Shown here piece after piece: positions 1 through 9,285 of a DNA stretch of 64,000 nucleotides. Below the pieces are notes generated by a model. The model saw only the letters and a program-made list of their open reading frames with translations, was not told the origin of the DNA and searched no databases. Origin of the DNA: Patescibacteria group bacterium (GTDB lineage: Bacteria > Patescibacteriota > Dojkabacteria > J137); contig BOLA01000001.1 of NCBI GenBank assembly GCA_016861265.1, forward strand, positions 1,023,745-1,087,744. Direction: 5' to 3'. The position numbers and the translations under genes are program-made. Position 1 is the stretch's first letter. Each line of letters starts with the position of its first letter.

Positions 1-612
1 TTTAGACCAATCTGCATATTTTTCTTTTAAATCTTCTAAATTTGGTATTCCATATTTCATTCTCAAGTTATCTAGTCGAACTTTTCTATTAGGATCATAT
101 TTAGAAATTCTCTCTGAAATCATCTCATACGGATCAAACGCAGGATATTTAGTATGGAATTTATCGGCATAAGTAACCAGTTCTTCTTCAACTGTTACAG
201 GAACATAATCTTTAATCTCAACTTCTAAATTTTCTCTTTCAATATCCTCTTTGGTAAGACCTGTCGCTGTATGAACTTCGCAAAATCTGGCATACTCTTC
301 TCCGAAGCCTTCTGATCTAACAATATTTCCACCGACAAAAGCATGTTGTAGTGGAATGAGTTTTGATGAAGTATTAAGTTCATCATCGTAACAAGGGTAC
401 ATACCAATATCATGCAATAAAGCACCGGCTTCAAGGAGATCACGATTAACTTTAATACCTTTAGTTTCTTCTAAAGTATCTGCTAATCTGACAGCTATTT
501 GTCTAACAATATCAGAATGTGTCCAGACCAATTCCAAATACAGCTCAGGAAAATTACCTTGTTTATGCTTTTGATGTAATTCTTTAATTTTTTGTTGTAG
601 TTCAGCGTTCAT
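1..612 (-). CDS. HD-domain (HDIG-type) phosphohydrolase, runs off the window start
   Basis: Not in the ORF track. Manual translation from ATG at 612 gives MNAELQQKIKELHQKH...WTHSDIV...GALLHDIG...QHAFVG...EVHTATG...YADKFH, open to position 1, with H...HD...H...D motifs. Confidence 0.85.
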   Translation of the reverse strand, partial: MNAELQQKIKELHQKHKQGNFPELYLELVWTHSDIVRQIAVRLADTLEETKGIKVNRDLLEAGALLHDIGMYPCYDDELNTSSKLIPLQHAFVGGNIVRSEGFGEEYARFCEVHTATGLTKEDIERENLEVEIKDYVPVTVEEELVTYADKFHTKYPAFDPYEMISERISKYDPNRKVRLDNLRMKYGIPNLEDLKEKYADWSK

Positions 613-628
613 TTTTTATAAATAAAAA

Positions 629-1531
629 TTATTTAGTTGAATTAATTGAATTCCAGCTACCGCCTTGAAATTCAGGAATAGTGGATTCGCTATTTTCAGT
701 TATGATTTTACTTAATATATCTTTAAAGTAGAAAAATATTTCTTTTTCAATATTTTCATCCTTTAATTGGTCTACTACTTGGTTAATTATACTATTCTGA
801 TCAATTTTATTCTTTCTTCTACTGTTATAAACCTCCTCGAACTCAGGAAATTTTGCCATGATTTGTAAATATCCTTGATCGAATCTAGTTTCTTGTCGTA
901 AAAAGTCACCCCAACTTAGAGGTGGTTTATAAGCTACAATCGATGTTAAGAGAACTTTTACAGCCTCCCATCCAAACTTTTTAGCAACATTTAGTGTTAA
1001 CCAATTATCTTCAGAATGTATATCTTCGGGATAAATAATATTCAGATCACTTTTAAATGCTAAACATCTGCCTATAGGTATAACTCTTCCTCTTGCTAAC
1101 CTATATAATTCTTGACTTCTGAGGGTTTTATATAAAAGTGTTGTTTTATCTATGGACTCATATGTTGGGACATCTAATGCACCAATCAGTTTTATTAAAG
1201 GATTTTCTAATTCGTTAATTAATAATGCTATAGTATTTTCCTTAATTCTACAATCAGAATCAATTTGCATAATTATCTCTCCCTGGCTTTCTTTGATTCC
1301 TTTATTTAAAGCTTTTGTCTTGCCAGATGTTTTCAGTTTTATAAGTTTAAAGTTGTTTAGCTTCTCATGGATAAGATATTCTTCAACTATCTTTACTGTG
1401 TTATCAATTGATCCATTCTCTAAAATTAAAACCTCATATTCAATATCTAAAATAGAGTTTTGTATATCTTTCAGTAAATTTATGATATTTTTATGTTCAT
1501 TGTGAGCTGGGATTAGAATACTAAGTTTCAT
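629..1531 (-). CDS. Glycosyltransferase family 2 (GT-A)
   Basis: LSILIPAHNE, ENGSIDNT, GKTKALNKG, IDSD (DxD), SED motifs. Confidence 0.9.
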   Translation of the reverse strand: MKLSILIPAHNEHKNIINLLKDIQNSILDIEYEVLILENGSIDNTVKIVEEYLIHEKLNNFKLIKLKTSGKTKALNKGIKESQGEIIMQIDSDCRIKENTIALLINELENPLIKLIGALDVPTYESIDKTTLLYKTLRSQELYRLARGRVIPIGRCLAFKSDLNIIYPEDIHSEDNWLTLNVAKKFGWEAVKVLLTSIVAYKPPLSWGDFLRQETRFDQGYLQIMAKFPEFEEVYNSRRKNKIDQNSIINQVVDQLKDENIEKEIFFYFKDILSKIITENSESTIPEFQGGSWNSINSTK

Positions 1532-2724
1532 TTTATAAATTTTGTAATATGTTGAATAATGATTTTTTCATTTATATTAAACACCCATTCATTTTTTCCT
1601 TTAATCTTTTCATCTATCTCATCTCTTCTAAGGGACATATTATTTTTTGTTAAATACTTAGCCAATTTAGTCGCAATTGGAATGACATTTGATTTCCCAG
1701 TGCTCCATTTCCCAAAATCATGTCTACTATACAATATGAAGACTTTAGGTAATTGATTAGTTGTTGAATTTTTACTCATAGCTGCAAGATGGGAAAACCC
1801 TGTGTCATTACCTATAACAAATTTGCATCTTGAGAAAATGTAGGACAAGATTTCAAAATCTTCAGTATCAATTAGAATAATGTCTTTGTGTTTAGTTAAT
1901 AATTTTTTTACTTTAAACCACTCTTCAGGAGATTCTTCTTTCCAATTTGCTATTAAAAAGCACCTTGATCGACTAAGCTTTCGTTTTAATGTTTTATATA
2001 AATTCAAGAACTTAAGAGTTCCGTACCTTTTTTCAATCTCGCCTGCTTGACTGATAATAGCAATAGATTCAATATTGTCCGAAAGTTTAACCTTATATTT
2101 ATTTTCAACTTTTTCTTCAATACTTTTATCATATTGTAAATTAAATATTGGAAGTGAATCATTTGGATTTGATTTTAATCTAACTCCTAATTCTCGCTCA
2201 AAAGTGAGGAAATATCTTGCTGGTCTAGAAATATATTCAATACTATGTTTTTTATTTATAAACTTGGGATATATATAATTCTCACTATTGAAAATTACTG
2301 GATAATTTTCTAAAGTAAATGGGTCATCATCAGTTACTAAAGCAACTTTTGTTCCTGAATTATGTTTATCTTTAAAATAGTCAATTGCGTTATTCACTAT
2401 TTCTGCACTTTCCAATATATCTATATGTCTTAATAAATTAGAAAATGTACTGTCAAGTATATATTTAGGCAAATTGTTTGGTCTTGTAATCAATAAAAAT
2501 TCGTGAGTAGCCTGAATTACAGATAAGAATAGAAAGGAATCACCTAATGGTTTCCAGTACATACTAAATACAACTTCTTCACATTCAAGTAATCCTTTTT
2601 TTAATGTCTCATTAATTTCATATCCAGTAATGGCCTCTCCATACTTCATTTGAGGTCTATCATAATATAGCTCTACACGAGCAGTTTCAGTTGTAATATA
2701 TTTCTTGTAGGTTAAATTTTTCAT
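1528..2724 (-). CDS. Glycosyltransferase family 9-like (heptosyltransferase-type GT-B)
   Basis: LGDS motif near the N-terminus and IGNDTGFSHLAA, matching the GT9 signature. ATGA overlaps with both neighbours. Confidence 0.75.
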   Translation of the reverse strand: MKNLTYKKYITTETARVELYYDRPQMKYGEAITGYEINETLKKGLLECEEVVFSMYWKPLGDSFLFLSVIQATHEFLLITRPNNLPKYILDSTFSNLLRHIDILESAEIVNNAIDYFKDKHNSGTKVALVTDDDPFTLENYPVIFNSENYIYPKFINKKHSIEYISRPARYFLTFERELGVRLKSNPNDSLPIFNLQYDKSIEEKVENKYKVKLSDNIESIAIISQAGEIEKRYGTLKFLNLYKTLKRKLSRSRCFLIANWKEESPEEWFKVKKLLTKHKDIILIDTEDFEILSYIFSRCKFVIGNDTGFSHLAAMSKNSTTNQLPKVFILYSRHDFGKWSTGKSNVIPIATKLAKYLTKNNMSLRRDEIDEKIKGKNEWVFNINEKIIIQHITKFIK

Positions 2725-3314
2725 ACTCTTTTAAACCATAATAGACTTATTTTTTTCTTAGCTCCTGGCTTATAGTGTTCAGGAGGATTTACATAATTAA
2801 TCTCAATATTTGGGTGTTCCTGCCCGTAAATCCCATATTCCATCAATAACTCATTCAATTTATCCAAACCAGCTCTTGGATAAGCAACGTAAACAGAATT
2901 ACCTTCATTATATTCCCAAGTCAAAAAAGCATTAATGTTTCTTGCAACAATTGCAATATCCGTTGAAAATGGCGGATCAAATATAACAGTATTAAATTGA
3001 TGTTGAAATCTTGCAATTAATTCTTTTGTATTTGCATCACTCGCATGGCTATGAAGTCCTCTTTGCAAATCATATAGCCAAAATTGTCCCTCTGGATATA
3101 AATTGACTAATCGTCCATCTGTATCAAATACAAATACATCTCTTCTTCCACTATTTATTAATGCCTCTCCAACTGAAGGAGTACAAAGACATGCTGTACA
3201 GCCCGCAGCTAAATCGGCTAATTGCCTAATAGTATTATTATCAAAAAAATATTGTTCATTGCTCTGATTCTCTTCAATTTTATAGATATCTAAATCATCT
3301 TTTCCTGAGTTCAT
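2721..3314 (-). CDS. SAM-dependent N-methyltransferase with DPPF motif (N6-adenineMlase / EFM5-EEF1AKMT1-like)
   Basis: EQYFF...T...LA, ACLCTPSV, FDTDGRL, FWLYDL, VIFDPPF. ATG at 3314 overlaps the upstream TGA (ATGA). Confidence 0.65.
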   Translation of the reverse strand: MNSGKDDLDIYKIEENQSNEQYFFDNNTIRQLADLAAGCTACLCTPSVGEALINSGRRDVFVFDTDGRLVNLYPEGQFWLYDLQRGLHSHASDANTKELIARFQHQFNTVIFDPPFSTDIAIVARNINAFLTWEYNEGNSVYVAYPRAGLDKLNELLMEYGIYGQEHPNIEINYVNPPEHYKPGAKKKISLLWFKRV

Positions 3315-5836
3315 AATCCACACTCTCTAATAAATTGTTTATATCTTTCTTCAAAACTTAATCCACGATTAAAGATGAAAAAAGAACTAATATCCACTCG
3401 AGAAGTCTTTAATTTCTCAAGAGTTTTTAATGATAGAAATTCGTAATCAGTGTTTAATCCATATACTCGTCTTAAGTATAGTTCTTGATCTAATTTTGAT
3501 ACAAAATATAATATTGCCCTTACTTCAGAAGTTCGCTCAGGGGAAGAAGCTATAAGACGAGTTAATTCAGCTTCTTTATCCTCATCCCAATAATCTGAGA
3601 TAAATCTCCCAAGTTGGTGTCCTAATATTGCTACTCCTTTGTAAATATCTCTTTTTTCAAAATCTAAAGCATATTGAAAAATTCTGGCATACTCTTCTAA
3701 TGTAATTTCTGTATCTTCGGATTGAAGAAACCTTTTTTCAAAGTTTCCAGTTCTGACCATAACTTTACTTTTATCTGGAATATCAAACTGGTGAAACATC
3801 CTTTGAATTATATCTGTATTAAAAATATCTGCGAACCATGCAAGCCTATTCAAATTTTTCATATATATGTTAATTGCATTATCGTCATCCAATTCGATAA
3901 CATTATCAAAATCAATTACGTATACTTTTCCATCTTCTCCCCTTATCAAATTACGTGGTGCTAAATTTCTAAAGAATATACCTCTTTCAACTAAAGCATC
4001 TTCTATTGCTGTAGTTGTTCTCTGTAATTCTCTATCAAGATATCCTTTATTTTGATCTAATACAGCGGTTTCATAATCAATCCCCATATATTTAGAGATA
4101 AAATAAAAGTCTCCTTCACTCCGTACAATTGCAATCTCTGGAACAACCCCAACATTTTCAAGAGATGCATTATTCAATAATTCTGCAATTCGATAATAAT
4201 TATCTAAATATGTTCTATCATTCCTAAGACTAACTGCTACGTAAGGAACACCTTCGCAAAACATAAGTTTAGGTGAGGTCCCAGATATATCTAATACCAT
4301 TGCACTGCTTGTAATTGGAATGCTTTTTCTAAAAAATTGGGCGAAAGTTCTTCCCCTCAAATCTCTTTCTAGTCCTTTGGCTAACGGATTAGAATTTGTA
4401 TTTACTATTTCCCCTTCTTCGGGTAATTCCAATTTATCTTTATCATTAAAACTTATGGTAGTAGGTATATTTACTTTCTCAGAATCTTCTTGCACTCCGT
4501 CTGTTCCTGAAAGAATCTCATGGATATGTCTTCCTTTCTGTAATTCTTCTAGTAAGTATTCTTCACTAAAATCTCCTCTTCTTATTACATCTACAGCTAT
4601 ATCAATGTAATAATTCTTAATAGTTTCTGAAATATAAGGTGAAGTACTAAGCACCCCTTCAATTCTATTTTTCATAATAGTTATTTCATTCAGTTCTGGA
4701 TTATCTTTAATTGCCGGACCAATTTTAGGTGAAAATTTGGAGTCAACATTTTGTTGCAATTCTCTATAAAATCCGTTTAATTGGTTAGTTCTTTCCGGTG
4801 AAGATTTACCTTCATTCTCAACATACACGCCAAGAACTTCCATAGCATTGCCTCTTGAGAAAATTCTAGGAGTTACATAAATATCGGTTATTCCATACCC
4901 ATCTTGTAATACCCACGTCATTGCAGGCCCTTTGATTAATCTTAAATATGTTCTTGCTTCGTTACTCATATTAGGTTTTAATGCAACAATAAGAGTATAA
5001 AGTTGTTTATAACTTTCATCTGAAAGATGGAACTTAGATAACCATTCTCTTGCAATATTTACTCTTTCTCTTCGAGATAATAAGTTTCCATCAGTCGAAG
5101 TAATTAAATCTTCAAGTTCGGAATAAATAGAATAAGCTTTGAATTGAATTTCATTTAAAAGTATAAAAATTTCCCCACTTAAATCTTCAGGTTCAAATGC
5201 TTTTGATACTGAAATTTGAAGACCCATAGGAAAAGAATTTCCTTTAAATCTGACGGAATATCTATCATTTAAGCTATATCCGTTTATCACTTCATTAACA
5301 ACACATTCCAATATTTCAGTTGCGGCTACTCCATATGGATCATTATGGTCATAAAGATCTTGTCCTTCTAATTCTTCTAAATGTGCTAATGAATAACCAG
5401 ATCTATCTTCTACAAATATATGTGCATGTAGCTGGTCTATTGTTTGCACCTTAACTTCTGTGCCATCTGGTAGATATTTATAAGGTATTGATTGGCAATC
5501 TCTCTGTTGATTGATTGAGATTGTAGGGTATCCATAACCTAACTGCCTATGCATACTATTTGCTAGACTAAATAAAACCCTCATAAACTCTTTACCTTCT
5601 TGTAGATCAAGATCAGTGAGTTGTGAAGCTTTGCTATTTTTAAGTATTAACATACCATCAGCTGGGTTCTCGACATATTGAGTTTTTTTTCTAACAAATT
5701 CTATTTCACCAAGAATATCTGAATGAAGGTGAAGTACACTGTCGTCAAAAATAGTCCCTTCTGATGGGCTTGTAATTTCATTTTGTGGTATTACCCTTTT
5801 TATGACTGTTAAGTCATCATCAAACTTTACATCCAT
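3311..5836 (-). CDS. Fusion protein: N-terminal HIT-like domain plus C-terminal kinase-like (APH/Kdo-kinase fold) domain
   Basis: VQTIDQLHAHIF (HIT-like) near residue 140; FYFISKYMG...GIFFRNLAPRNLI...VYVIDFD in the C-terminal half. ATG at 5836 preferred over TTG at 5851. Confidence 0.6.
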   Translation of the reverse strand: MDVKFDDDLTVIKRVIPQNEITSPSEGTIFDDSVLHLHSDILGEIEFVRKKTQYVENPADGMLILKNSKASQLTDLDLQEGKEFMRVLFSLANSMHRQLGYGYPTISINQQRDCQSIPYKYLPDGTEVKVQTIDQLHAHIFVEDRSGYSLAHLEELEGQDLYDHNDPYGVAATEILECVVNEVINGYSLNDRYSVRFKGNSFPMGLQISVSKAFEPEDLSGEIFILLNEIQFKAYSIYSELEDLITSTDGNLLSRRERVNIAREWLSKFHLSDESYKQLYTLIVALKPNMSNEARTYLRLIKGPAMTWVLQDGYGITDIYVTPRIFSRGNAMEVLGVYVENEGKSSPERTNQLNGFYRELQQNVDSKFSPKIGPAIKDNPELNEITIMKNRIEGVLSTSPYISETIKNYYIDIAVDVIRRGDFSEEYLLEELQKGRHIHEILSGTDGVQEDSEKVNIPTTISFNDKDKLELPEEGEIVNTNSNPLAKGLERDLRGRTFAQFFRKSIPITSSAMVLDISGTSPKLMFCEGVPYVAVSLRNDRTYLDNYYRIAELLNNASLENVGVVPEIAIVRSEGDFYFISKYMGIDYETAVLDQNKGYLDRELQRTTTAIEDALVERGIFFRNLAPRNLIRGEDGKVYVIDFDNVIELDDDNAINIYMKNLNRLAWFADIFNTDIIQRMFHQFDIPDKSKVMVRTGNFEKRFLQSEDTEITLEEYARIFQYALDFEKRDIYKGVAILGHQLGRFISDYWDEDKEAELTRLIASSPERTSEVRAILYFVSKLDQELYLRRVYGLNTDYEFLSLKTLEKLKTSRVDISSFFIFNRGLSFEERYKQFIRECGL

Positions 5837-5841
5837 ATTTT

Positions 5842-7500
5842 TTAATTCCAACCAGCAGGTCCAGTACTTCTAATTAAGTTTTGTTGCTCTTTACCATCAA
5901 AGATAATTTCATTAATTTCTTTATGAATATCTTTGTGATAATGTTTTGCTTTTTCAAATAAATAAGATAAGGAATTGCTCAAACTCTCCTCTGTATACAA
6001 TGGATTTCCTACAGTAATACTCATTACAAAATATCTTTCTGATGAAAGATTTAATCCTATGGTATCCCCAATATCATGTAATTTGAATTCATCTAGGCAA
6101 ACATCACCTGATTCGTACAGCTCTTGATTAATTTTATGTGTATATTTATCGATACAACTTTTAATTGATAGCTTTTGTTTATCAGTTAATTCCTCTTGAT
6201 CTACAATGGACTTTACATCTTTTGGATAATATACAAATGCCATTCTATAAAAATCCATTTCGTGAAAGTTTGTGAAGTATCTGCTATCTTCGATCTTATT
6301 CCAAACAAATTGGGCATCTTCATCTCTTTTCTCAACTACTTCACCTAAATAATCCTTACCCAATGCTTTAATCATTAACCAAATCTTTAAAGATTCAAAA
6401 CCTCTTGATCCAAAGAATGGTGTTATATATCCAAGATCCCATGATTCACCATTTCTTACCTGTTCAGGATATCGAGTGAACTTTACTAAATTATCTCTTT
6501 GTTTAAACATCACATAGCTAGAAGGATAAGTTACAAACATTCCCTTATGTGGATCTAAGGCTACAGAATCCGCCATTTCAATTCCTTTCAAGTCTCTTCC
6601 CTTCAATTTATTTGAGAACAATAAGCTTCCTCCATGACAAGCATCTACATGTAGCCATGTATTATATTTCTGGCAGATTTGAGCAATCTTTTCGATATTA
6701 TCTATACACGCTGTTCTACAATTACCTGCAACTGCTACAACCATAAAAACATCATTTGATCCAACGTGTTCTTTGAGGATATTTTCTAAATCGTTCAAAT
6801 TTGTAGTAAAGTCTGCATTTGATTCTGCTGAAATTATATTGGCGTTTCCCAATCCTAAATGGTGCATTGCCGAGTTATATGAATAGTGGCTTATTTTTCC
6901 TGAGAGAACAATCTTCGGTGTAACGGATAAGGAGGTTAATCCTTTTTCCTTAATTTCGGGATATTTTTGATTTAAAGCTGACATTATTGCTATATGGTTT
7001 GACATATGACCACCTGTAGTCCACATTCCTCCAACTTCTGATAAAGATTTTATCTCACTAGTAGGTTTAAAGTCATATCCAATCAACTCTCTAAGCCATT
7101 CAATAAGTTGAATTTCTATGAAAGTAGCAATTGTTGCACTTCTATCAAAAGCAATAAGATTTTGATTAAGAAACTTTGAAAAAATCTCACCTGCCATTGC
7201 GTGCTTAGAATTTGCGGAATCTGGGAATGCAATATAATTCAAGTCAGATTGAGATATAGAATATTCACCTATCTCTTGTAGTGTGTCCAGCACCGTATCA
7301 TCATCGATTCCATTTGCTGGTAAAGTATCTTTTAATTCCTTCAGGAAAGCTTCAGGTGTTTTATACTTTAATACCTTATTATCTCGAATTTCGCCACTAA
7401 AGAACTTAAGTCCAAGATCTATTATTTTATTAAAAAATTCCTGTTCACTTTCTGATTTCCCAGATATAAAATTGTTAGTTATTTTTTTGTTGCTTTTCAT
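5842..7500 (-). CDS. Group II PLP-dependent amino-acid decarboxylase
   Basis: TGGHMSN, SHYS, WLHVDACHGG and DSVALDPHKG (PLP lysine). Confidence 0.9.
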   Translation of the reverse strand: MKSNKKITNNFISGKSESEQEFFNKIIDLGLKFFSGEIRDNKVLKYKTPEAFLKELKDTLPANGIDDDTVLDTLQEIGEYSISQSDLNYIAFPDSANSKHAMAGEIFSKFLNQNLIAFDRSATIATFIEIQLIEWLRELIGYDFKPTSEIKSLSEVGGMWTTGGHMSNHIAIMSALNQKYPEIKEKGLTSLSVTPKIVLSGKISHYSYNSAMHHLGLGNANIISAESNADFTTNLNDLENILKEHVGSNDVFMVVAVAGNCRTACIDNIEKIAQICQKYNTWLHVDACHGGSLLFSNKLKGRDLKGIEMADSVALDPHKGMFVTYPSSYVMFKQRDNLVKFTRYPEQVRNGESWDLGYITPFFGSRGFESLKIWLMIKALGKDYLGEVVEKRDEDAQFVWNKIEDSRYFTNFHEMDFYRMAFVYYPKDVKSIVDQEELTDKQKLSIKSCIDKYTHKINQELYESGDVCLDEFKLHDIGDTIGLNLSSERYFVMSITVGNPLYTEESLSNSLSYLFEKAKHYHKDIHKEINEIIFDGKEQQNLIRSTGPAGWN

Positions 7501-7544
7501 TCATAATTATTTAAAATTAGTGTAAGCTTCACTTCCGACTATGT

Positions 7545-7582
7545 TAAATTTATCAAAGAGATACAATACTTTGATAAATTTA
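7545..7582. repeat. Perfect 14-bp inverted repeat in the leader of the decarboxylase operon
   Basis: TAAATTTATCAAAG-N10-CTTTGATAAATTTA. Confidence 0.85.
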
Positions 7583-7640
7583 TATAAGAACATCTGTAAG
7601 TCATTATTCACTTAGATTTCACCGATATTTTATTCTAGGG

Positions 7641-7649
7641 ATTATAACA
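7641..7649 (-). promoter_or_regulatory. Extended -10 promoter for the decarboxylase operon
   Basis: TGTTATAAT on the minus strand, about 140 nt upstream of the start codon. Confidence 0.55.
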
Positions 7650-7698
7650 CTAAAAGTATTGACAGCCTTTGTATTGCGATACAAATCTTATATATTTG

Positions 7699-8133
7699 CT
7701 AAAGAAGAGTTTCAACTCCATCCTCATCTACAAACTTCCATTTCTTATTACTGCTTGAAGTCTTCTTGTAATTCTTAAAGAATTTCTGATTATCTTTAAC
7801 CATGTAAACTGTAAAGTAAGTTTTGCCTTCTGAATCTTTTAATTCTCGTCCTATAAGTTCACCATTTCGTTTCATTTTGCTAACGGTAGCAGAATGTAAT
7901 CCAAATTCACTTTTAAATTGCCAACTAGCAATCCATAGATCATGATTCTTAATAATTTCAGCAGGAATTATTCCTTCTTTTACATGTCTTCTACAATCAA
8001 CACATTGAATACCATCTAAGTTCCACCAAGATTCACTACCTTTAAGACCTCTAGAACAAAGATTGCATGAATAACCAGATTCTTCAATTTGGAACTCCTG
8101 AGGAAAGATTGAAAATATTATCTGGTATTCAAA
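7699..8133 (-). pseudogene. N-terminally truncated Zn-finger (CxxC...CxxC) protein
   Basis: 145-codon open frame ...GYSCNLCSRG...WWNLDGIQCVDCRRH...ETLL*. An in-frame TAG lies immediately upstream and there is no ATG/GTG/TTG before the Cys motifs. Confidence 0.6.
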
Positions 8134-8169
8134 CTAGATTTGAATTAACTCAGAGACAACTAATGAAGG

Positions 8170-8934
8170 TCACATCCTAGGGGTATTTTCTTGATGAGTC
8201 TCGATCAAGAAAATTGACATGGAGCCACTCAAATACACAGCTAATTCGGCATGACGAGGTTTAGGTTTTATCTTTTTAATCCCTTTTCCATGAGCATCAC
8301 CGAACTTATTTCTCATTGTACCTAAACCATTCACAACCGCTGAACATCCCCCTAATATTTGCTTAAACAAATCCTCACTGTGTTGATCTGGACTAAGTTT
8401 TAGTTCGTGAGCTACATTTTTATACAAAACTGATAAGTCAGTATTATCTGTATACGGCATACTTCTTTCATCCAAGATGAACTTGCAAGTACTTTCAAGA
8501 ATTGTCCTTGCGGTTGTAATTGCACCCTCAGGATCACTAACCTTTCTTTCTAAAGCTTTCTGTATTTCTTTATGTATTGAATTTGCTCCATATTTCTTTA
8601 ATCTTTCTTCAAAAGTATCGTCTGTAAAGATGCCATTAATTCCAGGTACTTCAAGTACATTTAAGAGATCTTCAAATGATTCCCAAATATACTCCCTTCT
8701 TTCAGCATAAGTATCAAATTTTTTTTTGATAAATTGCCAGAACTGACCTAAATCTCTTTTAGTTCTAACAAAATCAGGTAGTTTTTCGGAGACTGAAGTA
8801 TTATCTAAAAAGTACTTTCTCAGATATGTGTACTCTTGTGCGTCAGATTCTATACCAGTTGCTCTAGAAACCAGTATATCCTGTAAGTATTCTGCTTTTT
8901 CGTAATCATTTTGTAAGTGACTGAGTGAAGGCAT
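8170..8934 (-). CDS. Abortive infection family protein (Abi_C C-terminal domain)
   Basis: DPEGAITTARTILESTCKFIL...GLGTMRNKFGDAHG (RN...AHG) pattern. Confidence 0.8.
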   Translation of the reverse strand: MPSLSHLQNDYEKAEYLQDILVSRATGIESDAQEYTYLRKYFLDNTSVSEKLPDFVRTKRDLGQFWQFIKKKFDTYAERREYIWESFEDLLNVLEVPGINGIFTDDTFEERLKKYGANSIHKEIQKALERKVSDPEGAITTARTILESTCKFILDERSMPYTDNTDLSVLYKNVAHELKLSPDQHSEDLFKQILGGCSAVVNGLGTMRNKFGDAHGKGIKKIKPKPRHAELAVYLSGSMSIFLIETHQENTPRM

Positions 8935-9183
8935 GATTAAAACTTTAATATCTCTGTAATTATAGCAATAGAAACGGAATTAGAACGAAAGTTACTAACT
9001 GAGAATCTACAACACCCACAATAAAAAAGCTTAGAACCAAGGATATGAATTTAAAAATTGAATATGGCTATTTTAGAGCAAAAACAACAATTTTAAGAGA
9101 TTTACGAATTACTGCAAGCCAATGTACAACACCATTCGAGGCTTCAAAGGTAGGTAGACGGGTCTTGCGAAACCATTTGAAAA

Positions 9184-9274
9184 TGGCGGAGAGGACAGGA
9201 TTCGAACCTGCGACCCGATTGCTCGAGTACAGTCTTTCCAGGACTGCGCACTAGACCAACTATGCGACCTCTCC
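9184..9274 (-). tRNA. tRNA-Ser(GGA), CCA encoded
   Basis: GGAGAGG acceptor stem, anticodon arm CAGTC-CTGGAAA-GACTG, long variable arm, GGTTCGAATCC, ends GCCA. Confidence 0.97.
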
Positions 9275-9285
9275 AATAGGATTAA

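Noticed and set aside
225-443. 72-aa ORF in the track
   Set aside because: Out-of-frame overlap with the HD-domain gene at 1-612, which has clear motifs.
9045-9254. 69-aa ORF ending MAERTGFEPA...
   Set aside because: Its 3' part is the antisense reading of tRNA-Ser; at most a gene remnant.
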